A DNA stretch of 64,000 nucleotides, from contig OY762721.1 in NCBI GenBank assembly GCA_963666345.1, forward strand, positions 2,176,001 to 2,240,000, given 5' to 3'. Under the pieces are notes generated by a model, which did no database searches, was not told the DNA's origin, and saw only the letters and a program-made list of their open reading frames with translations. Positions 60,250 to 64,000 of the stretch are shown piece by piece; position 1 is the first letter of the stretch, and every line of letters starts with the position of its first letter. Made by a program: the position numbers and the translations under genes. This stretch comes from Desulfatiglandales bacterium (GTDB lineage Bacteria; Desulfobacterota; DSM-4660; Desulfatiglandales; Desulfatiglandaceae).

Positions 60250-60811
60250 ATGATGAAAACAGACGCAAAAAGGGATCTGATTATTGAAGGAGGGGGAATG
60301 AGGGCAGGTCTTCATAAGGCCCGGAGAATACGGGATATATGAAACCTTCAAGGCCTGCATGGCCGTGCCTGGCTGTTGTCCTTTTGAGGTGAGACTCGGC
60401 CGACACAAATATGTGGACGGCGGCACGGTAAATCCACTTCCGGCAAGGGTATTTATCGGAGAAAAATTGGAGAAGACGGCTGCCATACTCACCAAACCGG
60501 TTGACTGTGAAAATGAGCCGCCGAAATTTCTGGAAAGGAAAATTTTTTGGCGTTATTTTCACAGACACCGGTGGATGCTGGAAAAACTCTGGGAGGCAGG
60601 ACACCTTTACAATGAGGAGGCCTTTTTTCTTGAAGACCTTGCTGATGATGAGCGCTCAGGTGTCTTTATAATCTGCCCTGATAAAATGCCTCCGGCCAGA
60701 TTTTTGACAACTGATAAAGAACAGATAAACAGATCAATAGATATGGGTTATGAGAAGGCCGCACGGCTGGAAAAGGGGCTCAGGAAATTCATGGCCCCTC
60801 CTTTTCAGTAG
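60250..60811 (+). pseudogene. Patatin-like phospholipase with internal deletion and frameshift
   Basis: Frame from 60250 reads MMKTDAKRDLIIEGGGMRAG and stops at 60342. Another frame carries ACMAVPG..YVDGG. The GxSxG segment is absent. Confidence 0.75.
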
Positions 60812-60826
60812 AGTGGATAATTGTAG

Positions 60827-61855
60827 TCAAAAAAGTTTTTTCTGTTCAGGATCTTTTCCCCGGAATTCTTTTTTCCCGAAATGTTCATACGCCCTTCTTG
60901 TAGCCACCCTGCCCTGAGGCGTCCTCTTTATATAGCCCTTTTGAATGAGAAATGGTTCATAAACGTCTTCAAGCGTATCCTTTTCTTCACTTACAGCCGC
61001 TGAAAGACTTCCCAGCCCGATAGGGCCTCCTTCAAATTTTTCAATAATCGTGAGCATGATGTAACGGTCCATCTTATCGAGACCCTTCTCATCTACCTCA
61101 AGCATGTCAAGCGCCCTTTCCGCGACCTTTTTTGTGATAAGTCCGTTTGATTCCACCTGGGCAAAGTCCCTGACCCTTCTCAGAAGCCTGTTTGCCACTC
61201 GAGGAGTTCCCCTGGACCGCTTGGCTATCTCGAGAGCGCCTTCCTTTTTAATCGGAATTTCAAGAAGAGACGCCGAGCGGGTGACTATCTGCTCCAGATC
61301 CTCAGGTCTGTAGAACTCAAGACGCAGAATAACCCCGAATCGATCTCTTAAAGGGGGTGTCAGAAGGCCTGTGCGGGTTGTTGCACCCACCAGGGTAAAA
61401 CTGGGAAGGGGTATTTTCATCGTTCTTGCAGAGGGCCCCTGGCCTATGATTATGTCGAGTTCATAGTCTTCCATGGCAGGGTAAAGGATCTCTTCCACGA
61501 CGTGGTTGAGCCGGTGAATTTCGTCTATAAACAGGACATCTTTGGGCTGAAGGTTGGTCAGTATCGCGGCAAGATCCCCAGCCTTTTCAATTACCGGACC
61601 GGAAGTGCTCCTTATGTCGACCTCAAGCTCGTTTGCAATAATGTGGGCAAGCGAGGTTTTGCCCAGCCCCGGGCTCCCGTGAAACAGGACATGATCCAGG
61701 GCCTCTGAACGACCTCTCGCCGCTTCTATAAATATCCTCAGATTTCTCTTAAGTTCCTCCTGGCCGACATATTCTTCGAGGGTTTTCGGCCTGAGGCTTA
61801 TTTCAGAAGGAATCTCTTCAATTTGAGGGTCCGGATCAATGATTCTTTCTTCCAT
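60827..61855 (-). CDS. ruvB: Holliday junction branch migration helicase
   Basis: [36 protein letters not shown]. Confidence 0.97.
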   Translation of the reverse strand: MEERIIDPDPQIEEIPSEISLRPKTLEEYVGQEELKRNLRIFIEAARGRSEALDHVLFHGSPGLGKTSLAHIIANELEVDIRSTSGPVIEKAGDLAAILTNLQPKDVLFIDEIHRLNHVVEEILYPAMEDYELDIIIGQGPSARTMKIPLPSFTLVGATTRTGLLTPPLRDRFGVILRLEFYRPEDLEQIVTRSASLLEIPIKKEGALEIAKRSRGTPRVANRLLRRVRDFAQVESNGLITKKVAERALDMLEVDEKGLDKMDRYIMLTIIEKFEGGPIGLGSLSAAVSEEKDTLEDVYEPFLIQKGYIKRTPQGRVATRRAYEHFGKKEFRGKDPEQKKLF

Positions 61856-61932
61856 GATAACGCTTTTAGTGTTAAGTCCCAAAGGTAATATCTTAAGGGT
61901 TCGGGTATATCGAGGTTTTTATGAGTCCATAT

Positions 61933-62538
61933 CTATGCCATGGCCTTTAATGCCGCCCTTATCAGATCTTCAAGGGTTATCCCTTCTTTTGCATTTGAAA
62001 ATGCCTTTTTGATCGCCCTTTCCGCTATTTTTTTCGGGTAGCCGAGATTCTGAAGCGCTGAAAGCGCATCATCCAGCATCCGGTTATCCTTGAATTCATG
62101 GTCATCGGCGGGCAGATAACTTTCCCGGGAACAGATCTTGTTTGCGCGATCTTTCAGCTCAAGGGCTATCCTTTCGGAGGTCTTTTTGCCGACTCCAGGT
62201 ATGGCCTGCAAAAGTAGCGCATCCCCTGAGGCTATAGCTTCAAGCAGTTCCTTGGGCCCGATCCCTGAAAGGATGTTTATTGCCAGTTTAGGTCCTATGC
62301 CGGAAACAGATATGAGCATGAGGAAGATTTCTTTTTCAAGGAGGGTGTTAAAGCCGAACAAGAGTAGCGCGTCCTCCCTGACATGGGTGAAGATATAAAG
62401 CCGGGTTTTCTCATCTTTCTCCGGCAGGCAGTAGAATGTGGAAAGAGGGATAAATACCTCATATCCGACCCCTCCGGTATTGATTATTGCAGACTGTGTC
62501 GATTTTTTGAATAAGAGACCCTCTAGATGTGCAATCAT
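61933..62538 (-). CDS. ruvA: Holliday junction binding protein
   Basis: GGVGYE, VRED, VSGIGPK, PGVGKKT, ALQNLGY. Confidence 0.97.
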   Translation of the reverse strand: MIAHLEGLLFKKSTQSAIINTGGVGYEVFIPLSTFYCLPEKDEKTRLYIFTHVREDALLLFGFNTLLEKEIFLMLISVSGIGPKLAINILSGIGPKELLEAIASGDALLLQAIPGVGKKTSERIALELKDRANKICSRESYLPADDHEFKDNRMLDDALSALQNLGYPKKIAERAIKKAFSNAKEGITLEDLIRAALKAMA

Positions 62539-62544
62539 ATTTTT

Positions 62545-63039
62545 TTAAGAACTTTTCCTTGATGTTGTAAGGTAATGAGTCGTATTGAGATGACATATGG
62601 CGGTGGCCAAAGCATCCGAGGTGTCCAGGCATGAAATCGATTTCAGGTTGAGTATGACCTTGACCATGGTCCTTACCTGCTCTTTGTCCGCTCTGCCGTA
62701 ACCTACGACCGATTTTTTGATTTCAAGAGGTGTGTATTCAAATATCCTGACACCGCATTTAACGGCTGCTGTCAGTATGACCCCTCTGGCATGCCCCAGT
62801 TTAAGGGAACTCTTTACGTTCTTCGCGTAGAACATGTCCTCAATGGCCATTTCTGAAGGATGGTAGTTATTCATTATGTCCAACATCGATTCGAATATGA
62901 AGTATATCCTCTCGTAAAAGGGAATCTTGGCAGGGGGGCTTATATATCCGGAGTGAACGCAGGTCAGCTCGTTTTTTTCCTTATTTATCAGTCCGAACCC
63001 TGTGATCCTCGAGCCGGGATCAACCCCCAGCACGAGCAT
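62545..63039 (-). CDS. ruvC: Crossover junction endodeoxyribonuclease
   Basis: LGVDPG, AIE, LGHARG, GYGRADK, DALATAICH. Confidence 0.96.
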   Translation of the reverse strand: MLVLGVDPGSRITGFGLINKEKNELTCVHSGYISPPAKIPFYERIYFIFESMLDIMNNYHPSEMAIEDMFYAKNVKSSLKLGHARGVILTAAVKCGVRIFEYTPLEIKKSVVGYGRADKEQVRTMVKVILNLKSISCLDTSDALATAICHLNTTHYLTTSRKSS

Positions 63040-63785
63040 TATCCTGCCGCCTCCAGTACATCATCAGAGATATCGAAATTTGCGTAGACATTGCTCACGT
63101 CATCATTGTCCTCAAGCGCCTCCATCAGAGAGATCATCTGCTGGGCCTTTTTACCCTCTACTTTTACGGTGTTGCTGGGCGTCTTGGTGACCTCTGCCAA
63201 AGTGTATTCCACGCCTTCGTTTTCAAGCGAGGCCCTTACCGTTTCAAAATCAGACGGGTCTGTTATGACCTCAAACTGCGCATCCTCTTCATTTACATCT
63301 TCAGCGCCTGCTTCAAGTGCAAGGTCAAACAGTTTTTCCTCATCCACACTGCTTTTTTCAACAATTATGAGCCCTTTTTTTTCAAAAATCCACGCCACGC
63401 AGCCGGGCTCCCCAAGATTTCCGCCGTTCCGCTCAAAGAGGTGCTTTACATCTGCCACCGTCCTGTTTTTGTTGTCTGTGAGGCATTCGACAAGTACGGC
63501 TACGCCGCCAGGCCCATAGCCCTCATAACTGGATTCTTCATAATTGACCCCATCCAGTTCTCCTGTGCCTTTTTTTATGCCCCGTTCAATATTATCCTTT
63601 GGCATGTTTTCGGCCTTGGCCGCGGCAATAGCTTGCCTCAAGCGGGGATTTCCATCAGGATCGCCGCCGCCCATTCGAGCAGCAACTGTTATCTCTTTGA
63701 TAAGCCTGGTAAAAATTTTGCCCCTTTTCGCATCGGCAGCACCCTTTTTATGCTTTATGGAGCTCCATTTTGAATGTCCCGACAT
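63039..63785 (-). CDS. yebC: YebC/PmpR-family protein
   Basis: [34 protein letters not shown] before ATG 63785. Confidence 0.96.
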   Translation of the reverse strand: MSGHSKWSSIKHKKGAADAKRGKIFTRLIKEITVAARMGGGDPDGNPRLRQAIAAAKAENMPKDNIERGIKKGTGELDGVNYEESSYEGYGPGGVAVLVECLTDNKNRTVADVKHLFERNGGNLGEPGCVAWIFEKKGLIIVEKSSVDEEKLFDLALEAGAEDVNEEDAQFEVITDPSDFETVRASLENEGVEYTLAEVTKTPSNTVKVEGKKAQQMISLMEALEDNDDVSNVYANFDISDDVLEAAG

Positions 63786-64000
63786 GAGAAGTCCTCCTAT
63801 ATACAAAATAAAAAATTATTTCAGCAAGCAGATGATGTTTGGATCTGCGGCTCGTTGTCAAAAAAAGCCTTCAGAACAGGAAATATGCTCAGTGATCTAA
63901 AAAGTCCCGGACCGATTAAGGTGTTGCAGACCAAGGACATATACCTCTCTGCTGCGTTTTCGTATCGCCTTCGGTCTTAGAAGTTTTATTGTTCTGAAAT

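Noticed and set aside
29216..63785. Concentration of repair genes (EndoQ-UvrD, recBCD, dinG, ruvABC) as a defence island
   Set aside because: All are ordinary housekeeping families interleaved with metabolic genes; no defence or mobility hallmark.
1..64000. tRNA, rRNA, CRISPR array, transposase, prophage, selenocysteine recoding
   Set aside because: None recognised by eye; tRNAscan-SE, cmscan and a CRISPR finder would be needed to exclude them formally.

Overview
Gene-dense, mostly housekeeping chromosomal window from an anaerobic bacterium. Gene content suggests Desulfobacterota (inference). It holds about 42 CDSs: PreP-type peptidase, class II ribonucleotide reductase with NrdR boxes, a YcaO / HDAC-family / hydantoinase-A trio, aconitase-icd and gltA, a 2-oxoacid oxidoreductase operon whose delta subunit carries an inserted GltD/NfnB-like flavoprotein, two HD-GYP proteins, folE2, a truncated purH, an EndoQ-UvrD fusion, a split recCB...recD cluster, DEAD helicase, DinG/YoaA, pheA, ppiD, fba, yhaM, pcm, ruvCAB and yebC. 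I saw no tRNA, rRNA, CRISPR, transposase or prophage. Best signals not shown by the ORF track: a complete Phe-leader-peptide attenuator before pheA, a composite dispersed repeat in two inverted copies, an internally deleted patatin pseudogene, QxxLF clamp-binding-like motifs on three nucleic-acid enzymes, a probable leaderless dinG transcript and a long structured leader on a cNMP-binding gene. The best candidate for an undescribed pathway is the YcaO-HDAC-hydantoinase trio. All calls come from motif recognition by eye; no searches were run.
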